DNA from: Paraconexibacteraceae bacterium
GTDB lineage: Bacteria; Actinomycetota; Thermoleophilia; Solirubrobacterales; Solirubrobacteraceae
Length of the DNA: 64,000 nucleotides
Assembly (NCBI GenBank): GCA_963750375.1
Contig: CAVVQN010000021.1
Coordinates: forward strand, 44,037 to 108,036
Reading direction: 5' to 3'
In this document: piece after piece, positions 1 through 9,030 of the stretch
Position numbering within the stretch: the stretch's first letter is position 1
How the letters are laid out: the number at the start of each line of letters is the position of its first letter
The notes under the pieces: generated by a model
Database searches by the model: none
What the model was told of the DNA's origin: nothing
What the model saw: the letters and a program-made list of their open reading frames with translations, nothing else
Program-made: the position numbers and the translations under genes

Positions 1-517
1 GGGACGGACGCCGGCGGCGTGGATCCCTTCGCGACGCTCCCACCGCAGACGGGCAAGATCACGCACGGTCATCTCGCCGAGAACAACAACCACGGTGGCA
101 GACGCGGCACTCTTGCCCGACGCTCGGGACATGCTCTCCGGCCGCCCGGCGCTCTCGTCGATCGCCATCACCGACTTCCTCTCCGCCAGGGGCGACCTCA
201 ACCGCTTCGGCAAGGTCATCCCGACCGTCAGGCGCGGCAAGCGCCTGACGTTCGTCAACAAGGACGCCGCCGCCGCGATCTACCACACGATCACGTCGTG
301 CAGGGTGCCGTGCAACCGAGACGCAGGGGTCGCCTACCCGCTGGCCGACGGCAGGGTCGACTTCGATTCGGGCGAGCTCGGCTACGGCCAGCCCGGTTTC
401 ACCGCCGCGGAGAACACCGACCGTTGGAAGACCCCGGCGAACCTGCCGGTCGGCACCTACACGTACTTCTGCCGGGTGCATCCGTTCATGCGCGGCGGCT
501 TCCGGGTGGTCCGCTAG
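1..517 (+). CDS. 3' part of a protein with a C-terminal cupredoxin (type-1 copper) domain; truncated by window edge, frameshift near 100
   Basis: Frame 1 reads ...ITHGHLAENNNHGG; ORF 95..517 has YHTIT and ends GTYTYFCRVHPFMRG (C-x2-H-x2-M copper motif). Confidence 0.7.
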   Translation, partial: GRTPAAWIPSRRSHRRRARSRTVISPRTTTTVADAALLPDARDMLSGRPALSSIAITDFLSARGDLNRFGKVIPTVRRGKRLTFVNKDAAAAIYHTITSCRVPCNRDAGVAYPLADGRVDFDSGELGYGQPGFTAAENTDRWKTPANLPVGTYTYFCRVHPFMRGGFRVVR

Positions 518-1791
518 CCCGACGCAGGCTCGGCCCATTCCGCCGCCAGGTGCACGATCGTGGCGGCCGCCGCCGCCATGTCCTGCAGCGAGGCCCATTC
601 GCGAACGGAGTGGTAGGCATGGCCGCCTGTGAAGAGGTTCGGCGTCGGCAGCCCCATCGCGCTCAGACGCGAACCGTCCGTCCCGCCACGGATCGGCTCC
701 CGCAGGGGCTCGAGCCCTTCCCGCCGTAGCGCCGCGACCGCGTGCTCGACGACCTCGGGAAAGGGTTCCAGATGGGCGCGCATGTTCGGGTACTGCTCGA
801 CGACGTCCATCGCGAACGTGGCGCCAGGGGTCTCCTCGACGATCCGCTGGGCCGTCGCACGCAGCAGGTCCGCATGTCCTGCGAGCTTGTCGTCGTCGAA
901 GTCCCGCAGGATCGCGCGGACGGTCGCCGTGCCGGCGTCGCCCTGGAGCTCGAAGACGTGGATGAAGCCCTCGCGGCCCGAGGTCGTCTCCGGCGTCAGG
1001 TCGTCCTGCGGCAGCGCCGTGACGATACGTGCAGCGACGCGCGCCGCGTTGACGAGGATGCCGGTCGCAAAGCCAGGGTGCACGTCGATACCGGTGACCC
1101 GGATCGTCGCCTCCAGTGCCGAGAAGGTCTCGTCTTGCAGCTCCCCGAGGGACGAGCCGTCGATCGTGTACGCGCACCGCGCACCGAAGGCCTCGATGTC
1201 GAAGAGCGTCGCGCCTTCACCGATCTCCTCGTCCGGGGTGAAACAGATGCGGAGCGTCGGGCGGGGCAGATCGGGGTGGGCCTGCAGGTGCGCGATCGCC
1301 GTCATGATCTCCGCGACGCCCGCCTTGTCGTCGGCGCCCAGAAGGGTGTCGCCTGAGGCGGTCACGATGTCGTGACCGGCCTTGGACGACAGGTGCGGCT
1401 CGGTGGCCGGGTCAAGTGTCGTCCCGCCGTGCGGCAGCCGAATCGTCCCGCCGTCGTAGGCGTGGTGGACGAGCGGGACGACGTTCGCGCCCGGGGCGTC
1501 GGGGCTCGTGTCGACGTGGGCGATCAGGCCGATCACGGTGCCGCCGTCGCCTCCGCCGGCGGCCTCGAGCGTGGCGGTGACGTACCCGTTGGCGTCGACC
1601 GCGGCGTCTGCCAGCCCGATCTCCTGCAGCTCCTCCGCGAGCATCCGGGCCAGCTGCAGCTGTCCCGGGGTGCTCGGGCACTGCGCGCGGTTGCGCTGGG
1701 CCTGGGTGTCGACACGGACATACCGCTCGAAGCGCTCCAGAAGTCCCGGGGCAAGGGACGCGGCGAGGTCGGACGTGAAAGGCGACGGCAT
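514..1791 (-). CDS. pepT: Peptidase T (tripeptide aminopeptidase, M20B)
   Basis: LLERFERYVRVDTQ, AHVDTSPD, LLGADDKAG, FTPDEEIG, IRGGTDG, HSVREW motifs; ATG at 1791. Confidence 0.95.
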   Translation of the reverse strand: MPSPFTSDLAASLAPGLLERFERYVRVDTQAQRNRAQCPSTPGQLQLARMLAEELQEIGLADAAVDANGYVTATLEAAGGGDGGTVIGLIAHVDTSPDAPGANVVPLVHHAYDGGTIRLPHGGTTLDPATEPHLSSKAGHDIVTASGDTLLGADDKAGVAEIMTAIAHLQAHPDLPRPTLRICFTPDEEIGEGATLFDIEAFGARCAYTIDGSSLGELQDETFSALEATIRVTGIDVHPGFATGILVNAARVAARIVTALPQDDLTPETTSGREGFIHVFELQGDAGTATVRAILRDFDDDKLAGHADLLRATAQRIVEETPGATFAMDVVEQYPNMRAHLEPFPEVVEHAVAALRREGLEPLREPIRGGTDGSRLSAMGLPTPNLFTGGHAYHSVREWASLQDMAAAAATIVHLAAEWAEPASG

Positions 1792-1857
1792 CGAGGGAAC
1801 GCTAGCCGGACGCCGGACGCCACGGCTGGGCCCGCGGCATGCCACGCGCCTCGGCAG

Positions 1858-1892
1858 CGCACGTCGGTCGCGGAGGGCGCGACCCAGGTGCG
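1858..1892. repeat. 35-bp REP-like palindrome, family A, copy upstream of the DUF559 gene
   Basis: CGCAC-gtcg-GTCGCG-gaggg-CGCGAC-ccag-GTGCG; same layout as copies at 2981, 3052, 3124, 40485 and 40546. Confidence 0.85.
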
Positions 1893-1899
1893 ACGTCGC

Positions 1900-1980
1900 C
1901 CACCGCGCTTCATATGCGACGCGCGAGCAGCGACGAAACTGCGCAGGCTCCGTCGCGCTTGTGGCACAGAAGCGCGGTGG
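1900..1980. repeat. Long imperfect hairpin upstream of the DUF559 gene
   Basis: Perfect 12-bp inverted repeat CCACCGCGCTTC (1900-1911) / GAAGCGCGGTGG (1969-1980) with inner GCGACG/CGTCGC stem. Confidence 0.75.
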
Positions 1981-2012
1981 TATCCGCTTCCCCCGGCGGG
2001 CGAGGGTGTGGC

Positions 2013-2975
2013 ATGACTTCCGTTCCGGAACCTCACGTTGTTCCACCGAAGCGCCACCCGGGGTCATGGCACGCCGCCCGCGAGGTCGCCGGGACGCAGG
2101 AGAGCGTCATCTCCCTCCACCAGCTCAACGCCTGCGGCCTGACGAAGCACGCTGTGGGGCGTGCGGTGCGCGCCGGCCACCTGCTCGCCGACGGCGGCGG
2201 GGTGTACTGCATGAGTGCGGCGCCGCCCACACCCCGCGGGCGATGCTGGGCGGCGGTGCTGCGAGCGGGATCCGGCGCCGCCCTCAGCCACCGAACCGCG
2301 GCCGTCCTGTGGGCGCTCATGAAGGATTGGGGGGCGCGAGTCCATGTGACGACCCGGAGGCACCGTCGTCACGGGTATGGGACCGTCGTCCATCAGAGCG
2401 CGCTGAGAGCAGCGGACGTCACTCGACGAGGTGGCTTGCCGGTCACCTCGCTGGGCCGGACGCTTCTGGATCTCGCTGCCACCGAATCCGAGGCGGTTCT
2501 CCTCGTCGCCGTGCGCCAGGCACTGACCCTGCACGGGTCGCTGAAGCGCTCGATCTTCGCGACCCTGCGGACAGCGGGCGGACACCCCGGTCGTGGGCCA
2601 CTGAGGCGGGCGCTCGCCGAGCTGGCGACGGACCCGGGCTCCGGCGAAGCGCGCAGCCCGCTGGAGGATGCGTTCTGGCTCGCCTTGCTGCCGGTCCGCG
2701 AGCAGCTCCCGGCCTACCGGCGCAACGTGACGATCCGGCTCGGAGCGGACGACATCTACACCGGCGACGTCGTCTTTCCCGGGCCGCGCGTCGTCGTCGA
2801 GCTGGACTCGCGCGCGTTCCACGACAACGACCCCTCCTTCGACAGCGACCGACGACGCGACCGACGGCTGGCGGCAGCCGGATGGGTCGTCATCCGCATC
2901 ACCCACCGGCAGCTACGCGACGACGCTGCCGGAGTCATCGCCGACCTACTCGCCCTCCTGGCCGCTCGCGCTTAG
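2013..2975 (+). CDS. AbiEi-type wHTH N-terminus plus DUF559 (Vsr-like PD-(D/E)XK) endonuclease
   Basis: N-terminal QESVISLHQLNACGL..GVY, central ALSHRTAAVLW and VTSLGRTLLDLA, C-terminal GDVVF..VVVELDSRAFH..DRRRDRRL..GWVVIRIT. Confidence 0.85.
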   Translation: MTSVPEPHVVPPKRHPGSWHAAREVAGTQESVISLHQLNACGLTKHAVGRAVRAGHLLADGGGVYCMSAAPPTPRGRCWAAVLRAGSGAALSHRTAAVLWALMKDWGARVHVTTRRHRRHGYGTVVHQSALRAADVTRRGGLPVTSLGRTLLDLAATESEAVLLVAVRQALTLHGSLKRSIFATLRTAGGHPGRGPLRRALAELATDPGSGEARSPLEDAFWLALLPVREQLPAYRRNVTIRLGADDIYTGDVVFPGPRVVVELDSRAFHDNDPSFDSDRRRDRRLAAAGWVVIRITHRQLRDDAAGVIADLLALLAARA

Positions 2976-2979
2976 GGCT

Positions 2980-3170
2980 ACGCACGCCAGTCGCGGAAGG
3001 CGCGACCCAGGCGCGGAGCCGAGGCCCGCCCCCGCGCACCGCCCCCAGGGACGCACGCCAGTCGCGGAAGGCGCGACCCAGGCGCGGAGCCGAGGCCCGC
3101 CACCGCGCACCGCCCCCAGGCGACGCACGCCAGTCGCGGAAGGCGCGACCCAGGCGCGACGCCGAGGCCC
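2980..3170. repeat. Tandem array of ~71-72 bp units, each carrying a family A palindrome (2981-3015, 3052-3086, 3124-3158)
   Basis: ACGCACGCCAGTCGCGGAAGGCGCGACCCAGGCGCG starts at 2980, 3051 and 3123; linkers of units 1 and 2 nearly identical. Confidence 0.95.
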
Positions 3171-3245
3171 CGAAGCCGACACCGCGCCCCGCCCGGCGCG
3201 CGCCCCAGATGATCCGCGCGTCCCCAGAACACGAAACACCCTTCC

Positions 3246-4294
3246 ATGAGCGCTCTCCGCTACCGCCTGCTCGACGCCGCCCTGGGCCGGGCCATCGTCC
3301 CCGACGCTGCGCTACGGATCGGCTCGAAGTACGGCGCGCACTGGCGCGAGCGCCACGAGTCGCGCGGCGGAGTCGAAGCTCAGGAAGAGCGGCTGAAGGC
3401 GCTGCTGGAGCGGATGACGACCGGCCCGATCGCCGAGGTCCCCGAGAAGGCAAACGAGCAGCACTACGAACTGCCGGCGGAGTTCCTCGGCATCGTCCTC
3501 GGCCCGCGGCGCAAGTACTCGGGCTGCCTCTGGGAGGCGGGCACGACGACGCTGGCCCAGGCCGAGGAGGCGATGCTCGCGCTCACCTGCCGACGCGCGC
3601 CAGGTCGAGGACGGCATGCGCATCCTCGACCTCGGCTGCGGCTGGGGCTCGCTCTCGCTCTGGCTCGCCGAGCAGTACCCGGCCGCCGCAGATCGCCGGC
3701 GTCTCCAACTCACACGGCCAACGCGAGTGGATCGAGGCAGCGGGCCCGCGAGCGCGGCTTCACGAACCTCGACGATCGTCACCGCCGACGTCAACGAGTT
3801 CGCAGCCGCAGGCGGGCGAGTTCGACCGCGTCATGTCGATCGAGATGTTCGAGCACATGCGCAACTGGCAGGAGCTCATCCGCCGCGTGTCCACCTGGCT
3901 CGAGGACGACGGCAAGCTCTTCGTCCACGTCTTCAGCCACCGGACCCTCCCCTACCTCTTCGAGTCCACATGGGCGGCCGAGCGCTTCTTCACCGCCGGC
4001 CTGATGCCGTCCCACGATCTCATGACGCGCTTCCAGCGCGACCTGCAGCTCGAGGACCGCTGGGTCGTCGACGGCACGCACTACGCCAAGACGCTCGTTG
4101 CGTGGCTTGAGCAGCTCGACGCCCGCAAGGACGAGGCGATCGCGCTCCTGGAATCGCAGGGCCGCACCCATCGTCAGGCAGAGGTCCTCTTCGGCGGCTG
4201 GCGCCTCTTCCTCCTGTCGACGGACGAGATCTGGCGCCACCGCAAGGGTCAGTCCTGGCTCGTCAGCCACTACCTGCTCTCCAAGCGCCCCTGA
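3246..4294 (+). CDS. Class I SAM-dependent methyltransferase, cyclopropane-fatty-acid synthase/CNMT-like (frameshifted ~3600-3810)
   Basis: KANEQHYELP, LGPRRKYS, ILDLGCGWGSL, FDRVMSIEMFEHMRN, HYAKTL, VSHYL motifs across frames. Confidence 0.88.
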
Positions 4295-4304
4295 CCCGCC
4301 ATCG

Positions 4305-4318
4305 ACTGACATGTCAGT
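4305..4318. other. Perfect palindrome ACTGACATGTCAGT between convergent genes
   Basis: Same half-site (ACTGACAT) as the 5093-5115 operator but with no spacer. Confidence 0.5.
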
Positions 4319-4350
4319 GCAAGGGCTCAGACCGACCGTCCAGCGCCGGC

Positions 4351-5037
4351 TCAGACGGGCGCGGCGGCCTCGACGAGGCTCAGCGTCTGCTCGACCAGGC
4401 GCCCGAGCGTGAGCCAGTTCTCGCGCGAGGCGCTGGCGGCGCCGGCCGCGTCGCCGTCGGCGGCACGCTCGATGATCGCGTCGTGCTGTGCAACCGACCG
4501 CTGACCTGGCAACGCGCCTGAGCGCAGCACCTCCAGGCGGTGCAGCCGGGCCCCCATCCGGTCGAGCACGTGGGCGACGTCGGGGTTCTCGCATCGCCTG
4601 ACGAAGACCCCGTGGAACCGGTCGTCCGCAGCGTACGTCGCCACCGCCGCCCCCGACTGGAGCGCTGCCGTGAAGGCCGCGTTCGCCAGTCGCAGCTCGA
4701 CGAGATCGTCCGGCTGCAGGCGTGGGACCGCGAGCTCCACGGCAAGCCCGTGGAGGGCGGCCAGAACCGGAAAGCTGTCGCGCGCGTCCTGTGCCCGCAG
4801 CGGGCGCACACGCGTGAACCGCTGGGGCTCGGTCTCCACCAGACCCTCGTCCTCCAGGCGCGTCAGCGCATCGCGCACCGGCGTCCGGCTGAGGTGCAGC
4901 CAAGCGCAGATCTCGCCGTCGTGCAGGTGCTCACCCGGCGCGAGCGTGCCCGCCACGATCGCGTCACGGATCGCCACATAGGCGGTGTCGCGCAGCAGAT
5001 GGCGTTCGGTCGCCTTGCGCTCGAACGGGACTGGCAT
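4351..5037 (-). CDS. GntR/FadR-family (FCD) transcriptional regulator
   Basis: LRDTAYVAIRDAIVAGTLAPGEHL..SRTPVRDALTRLEDEGLV HTH; DDRFH and QHDAII FCD motifs. Confidence 0.93.
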   Translation of the reverse strand: MPVPFERKATERHLLRDTAYVAIRDAIVAGTLAPGEHLHDGEICAWLHLSRTPVRDALTRLEDEGLVETEPQRFTRVRPLRAQDARDSFPVLAALHGLAVELAVPRLQPDDLVELRLANAAFTAALQSGAAVATYAADDRFHGVFVRRCENPDVAHVLDRMGARLHRLEVLRSGALPGQRSVAQHDAIIERAADGDAAGAASASRENWLTLGRLVEQTLSLVEAAAPV

Positions 5038-5115
5038 CTCACATACCAGTAGACCACAGCTCGTCAAGCCCACCCGACCGTTGGGATGCCACGACTGACA
5101 TCTCACATGTCAGTC
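5029..5115. promoter_or_regulatory. Two related 9-5-9 inverted repeats, candidate GntR operators
   Basis: GACTGACAT-CTCAC-ATGTCAGTC (5093-5115, perfect) and GACTGGCAT-CTCAC-ATACCAGTA (5029-5051, over the gntR start codon). Confidence 0.75.
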
Positions 5116-5206
5116 CGAACCCGTGCCGCTGCCGTTGCCCGCCGCCGCGACACGGTGGTAAGAGACGACGTACCCCCTCAGTCCACGACGGCAGGAGAGC
5201 CGCGCT

Positions 5207-5490
5207 GTGTGCCTGGCCATTCCCGGACGGGTCATGGAGTTCGTCGACGAGTCGCAACCGCCTCGCCACGGTCGATGTCGCCGGCGTCCAGCGGACCGTC
5301 AACGTCGGCCTCGCTCGACGCCGACGGACGTCCCGCCCAGGTCGGCGACTGGGTCCTGATCCACGTCGGCTTCGCGCTCTCCAAGGTCGACGAGGAGGAG
5401 GCCGACGGCGACGCTCGCGCTGCTGCAGGGCGATGGGCGCCGACTACGAGGCCGAGCTCGAGGAGCTGCAAGGCGAGCGTCATCGAATGA
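5207..5490 (+). CDS. hypC: Hydrogenase maturation chaperone HypC (frameshifted)
   Basis: GTG start giving MCLAIPGRV..; VGDWVLIHVGFALSKVDEEEA; GGAGAG RBS. Confidence 0.92.
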
Positions 5491-5706
5491 CGGCTGCGAC
5501 GATCCGCACCACTGCATCACCTGCTCCGACGAGGGCGTCGCGATGACGGTCGTGCGCGGTCGACGACGAGCGCGGCGCTCGCGCTGTGCGACGCCGACGA
5601 CGGCGCGCGCAGCTCGGTCGAGATCGCGCTCGTCGACGACGTCGGCCGCGGCGACACGCTGCTCGTCCACGCCGGCACCGCGCTCATGAAGGTGGCGGCG
5701 GCATGA
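5487..5706 (+). CDS. Second HypC/HybG/HupF-like small protein (frameshifted)
   Basis: [36 protein letters not shown]; ATGA overlaps with both neighbours. Confidence 0.75.
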
Positions 5707-6826
5707 GGTTCGTCGACGAGTTCCGCGACGCCGAGCTCGGCCGCGTGCTGGCCGGCGAGATCCTCGCCGCCGTCGAGCCGGGCCGCCACTACAAGATCAT
5801 GGAGGTCTGCGGCGGCCACACGCACTCGATCTACAAGTACGGCGTCGACGACCTGCTGCCGGCGAACGTCGAGCTCGTCCACGGCCCCGGCTGCCCGGTC
5901 TGCGTGATCCCGATGGGCCGCGTCGACGACGCGATCGCCATGGCCCACGAGCCCGGCGTGATCTTCACGTGCTTCGGCGACATGATGCGCGTGCCCGGCT
6001 CGCACGGCACGCTCCCCGACGCCAAGGCGCGAGGGCGCCGACGTGCGGATGGTCTACTCGCCGCTGGACGCGCTGCGGATCGCGCAAGCGCGAACCCGGA
6101 CCGCCAGACGTCGTGTTCTTCGCGATCGGCTTCGAGACGACCGCGCCGTCGACCGCGCTGACGCTCAAGCGCGCGAAGGCCGAGGGCGTCGCGAACTTCA
6201 TCGTGCTTCTGCAACCACGTGACGATCGTGCCGCCGCTGCGGGCGCTGCTGGAGTCGCCCGACCTGCGCCTGGACGGCTTCATCGGCCCGGGCCACGTCT
6301 CGACCGTCGTCGGCGCCCGCCCGCTGGAGTTCATCCCGGCCGACTACGGCAAGCCCGTCGTCGTCTCGGGCTTCGAGCCCGTCGACATCCTGCAGTCGGT
6401 CCTCATGATCCTGCGCCAGCTCCGGGAGGGCCGCTGCGAGGTCGAGAACCAGTACAAGCGGGTCGTCCCCTACGAGGGCAACCTCAAGGCGCTGCAGGTC
6501 ATGGGCGAGGTCTTCGCGCTGCGCCCGCACTTCGAGTGGCGCGGGCTGGGCTTCATCTCCCACAGCGGGCTGCGGCTGTCGCGACGCCTACGCCGACCTC
6601 GACGCCGAGCTGCGCTTCAGCGTCCCCGGCGTGCGCATCGCCGACCCGAAGGCGTGCCAGTGCGGCGAGGTGCTCAAGGGCGTCATCAAGCCGTTCGAGT
6701 GCAAGGTCTTCGGCACCGCCTGCACGCCCGGAGCGACCGATCGGGACCTGCATGGTGTCTTCCGAGGGCGCCTGCGCCGCCTACTACAACTACGGGCGCT
6801 TCGCCCGCGAGCGGGAGCTGGTCTAG
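5703..6826 (+). CDS. hypD: Hydrogenase maturation protein HypD (frameshifted)
   Basis: [58 protein letters not shown]. Confidence 0.96.
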
Positions 6827-7937
6827 ATGAGCAACTCCAGCGTCGAGGTGGTCGGGGCACGGGAGGAGCGCATCCTCGGGATCATCGAGACGGCGCGCGC
6901 CAAGCGGCCGAAGTTCCGCGACGAGCGGATCACGATGGCCCACGGCGCCGGCGGCAAGGCCACCGCGTCGCTCATCGAGGGCCTGCTGCGTCCCCGCCTT
7001 CGCCTCCCCGGCGCTCGACGTGCTCGCCGACGCGGGGACGGTGACGATCGACGGGACCGGCCTCGCGATGACGACCGACAGCTTCGTCGTCAAGCCGATG
7101 CGCTTCCCCGGCGGCTCGATCGGCGAGCTGGCCGTCAACGGCACCGTCAACGACCTCGCGATGGCCGGCGCGCGACCCGTCGCGCTGACGCTCTCGCTCA
7201 TCCTCGAGGAGGGGCTCGGACGCCGACGTCCTGCGCGCCGAGGTCGAGGCGATCGCGCCGACGGCCCGAGCGGCGGGCGTGGCGATCGTCTCCGGCGACA
7301 CGAAGGTCGTCGAGCGCGGGGCCATGCCGACCAGATGTACATCTGCACGACGGGCATCGGGGCCGATCGACCCCCGCGCCGTCGCTCTCCCCCGCGGCGC
7401 TGCGCCCGGGCGACCGCATCCTGCTGTCCGGCCGTATCGGCGAGCACGGCACCGCGATCATGCTCGCCCGCGGCGAGTTCGAGCTCGGCGCCGCACGTCG
7501 AGTCCGACACGCGCTGCCTGTGGCCGGCGGTCGACGCGCTGCTCGGGAGCGCCGGCCCGCACCTGCGCTGCCTGCGCGACGCGACGCGCGGCGGCGTGGC
7601 CTCCGTGCTGAACGAGCTGGCCACGCGCGTCGGGCGTCGCGATGCTCGTGCGCGAGGCCGACGTGCCGGTGCCGCCGGCGGTCGCCGGCGCGGCCGAGCT
7701 GCTCGGCATCGACCCGATGCACGTCGCCAACGAGGGCGTCTTCGTGGCGATCGTCGCGCCGGAAGGCGCACGCGGCCGCCCTGGCGGCGATGCGCAGCGT
7801 GGACGGTGGCGGCGACGCCGTGGAGATCGGCGAAGTGAAGACGTCGCCCCCGGGGATGGTGCTCGTGGAGACGGCCTTCGGCGGCAAGGCGCGTCATGGA
7901 CCAGCTCGTGGGCGACCCGCTGCCGCGGATCTGCTGA
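6827..7937 (+). CDS. hypE: Carbamoyl dehydratase HypE (frameshifted)
   Basis: [42 protein letters not shown]-terminal LPRIC*. Confidence 0.96.
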
Positions 7938-7954
7938 GCGAAAGGGAGACGCCG

Positions 7955-9019
7955 ATGGCAGCAGATGGAGTTCGCACCCAACCAGGCCACGACGGAGGCG
8001 ATCACGGCCCACGTCCTGTGGATGACCGTCGGGCTGTCCTGCGAGGGCGACTTCGGTCGCGATGACCTCGGCGACGAACCCGAGCCTCGAGGACATCATC
8101 ACCGGGGCGATCCCCGGGATGCCGAAGGTGTCGTCCACAACCAGGTCCTCGCCTACGAGGCCGGCGAGGAGTACATGCCAGGCCTGGTACGACGCCGAGG
8201 AGGGCAAGCTCGACCCGTTCGTCCTCGTCATCGAGGGCTCGCTCGGCAACGAGAAGATCAACGGCGACGGCTACTGGACCGGCTTCGGCGTACGACCAGG
8301 CGACCGGCCAGCCGATCACGCTCAACGAGTGGGTCGACCGCCTGGCCCCCAAGGCCGCGGCGGTCGTCGCGGTCGGGACGTGCGCCACCTACGGCGGCAT
8401 CCCGGCGATGAAGAACAACCCGACCGGCGCGATGGGCGTCCGCGACTACCTCGGCTGGAACTGGAAGTCCAAGGCGGGCATCCCGATCGTGAACATCCCG
8501 GGCTGCCCCGCGCAGCCGGACAACATGACCGAGATGCTCATGTACCTCGTCTTCGCGCTGGCGGGGATGGGGCCGGTGCCCGAGCTCGACGACGCAGGCC
8601 GGCCGGTGTCGCTCTTCGGGCGCACGGCGCACGAGAGCTGCAACCGCGCCGCGTTCTACGAGCAGGGCGACTTCGCCACCGAGTACGGCTACGACCACCG
8701 CTGCCTGGTCAAGCTCGGCTGCAAGGGGCCGGTCGTCAAGTGCAACGTGCCGCTGCGCGGCTGGCAGAGCGGCATCGGCGGCTGCCCGAACGTGGGCGGC
8801 ATCTGCATGGCCTGCACGATGCCGGGCTTCCCCGACAAGTACATGCCGTTCATGGACGAGGACCCCAACGCGAGGCTGTCCTCGAACCTCGCGAAGTTCA
8901 CCTACGGGCCGCTGCTGCGGTGGGGCCGCAAGCAGTCCATCAAGCGCAAGTACGACAAGGAGCCCGAGTGGCGGCACAACCGCGCCGAGCTCACCACCGG
9001 CTACCAGAAGCGCTGGTAG
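7955..9019 (+). CDS. hhyS: Group 1h [NiFe]-hydrogenase small subunit (frameshifted, no Tat signal seen)
   Basis: WMTVGLSCEGD (CxxD), GTCATYGG, PGCP, HESCNR, CLVKLGCKGPVVKC, GGCPNVGGICMAC. Confidence 0.92.
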
Positions 9020-9030
9020 AGGAGAACGAC

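Noticed and set aside
2013-2975. Complete type IV toxin-antitoxin (AbiE) system
   Set aside because: No AbiEii nucleotidyltransferase gene adjacent
2980-3170. CRISPR array
   Set aside because: The sequences between palindromes are near-identical rather than unique spacers, there are only three units and no cas genes; better explained as a REP-like tandem
1508-4294. 928-aa ORF and similar long Arg/Pro/Ala-rich ORFs (e.g. 12197..14452, 15154..17046, 26173..27951, 38947..40722)
   Set aside because: Shadow or off-frame ORFs typical of high-GC DNA; they overlap well-supported genes
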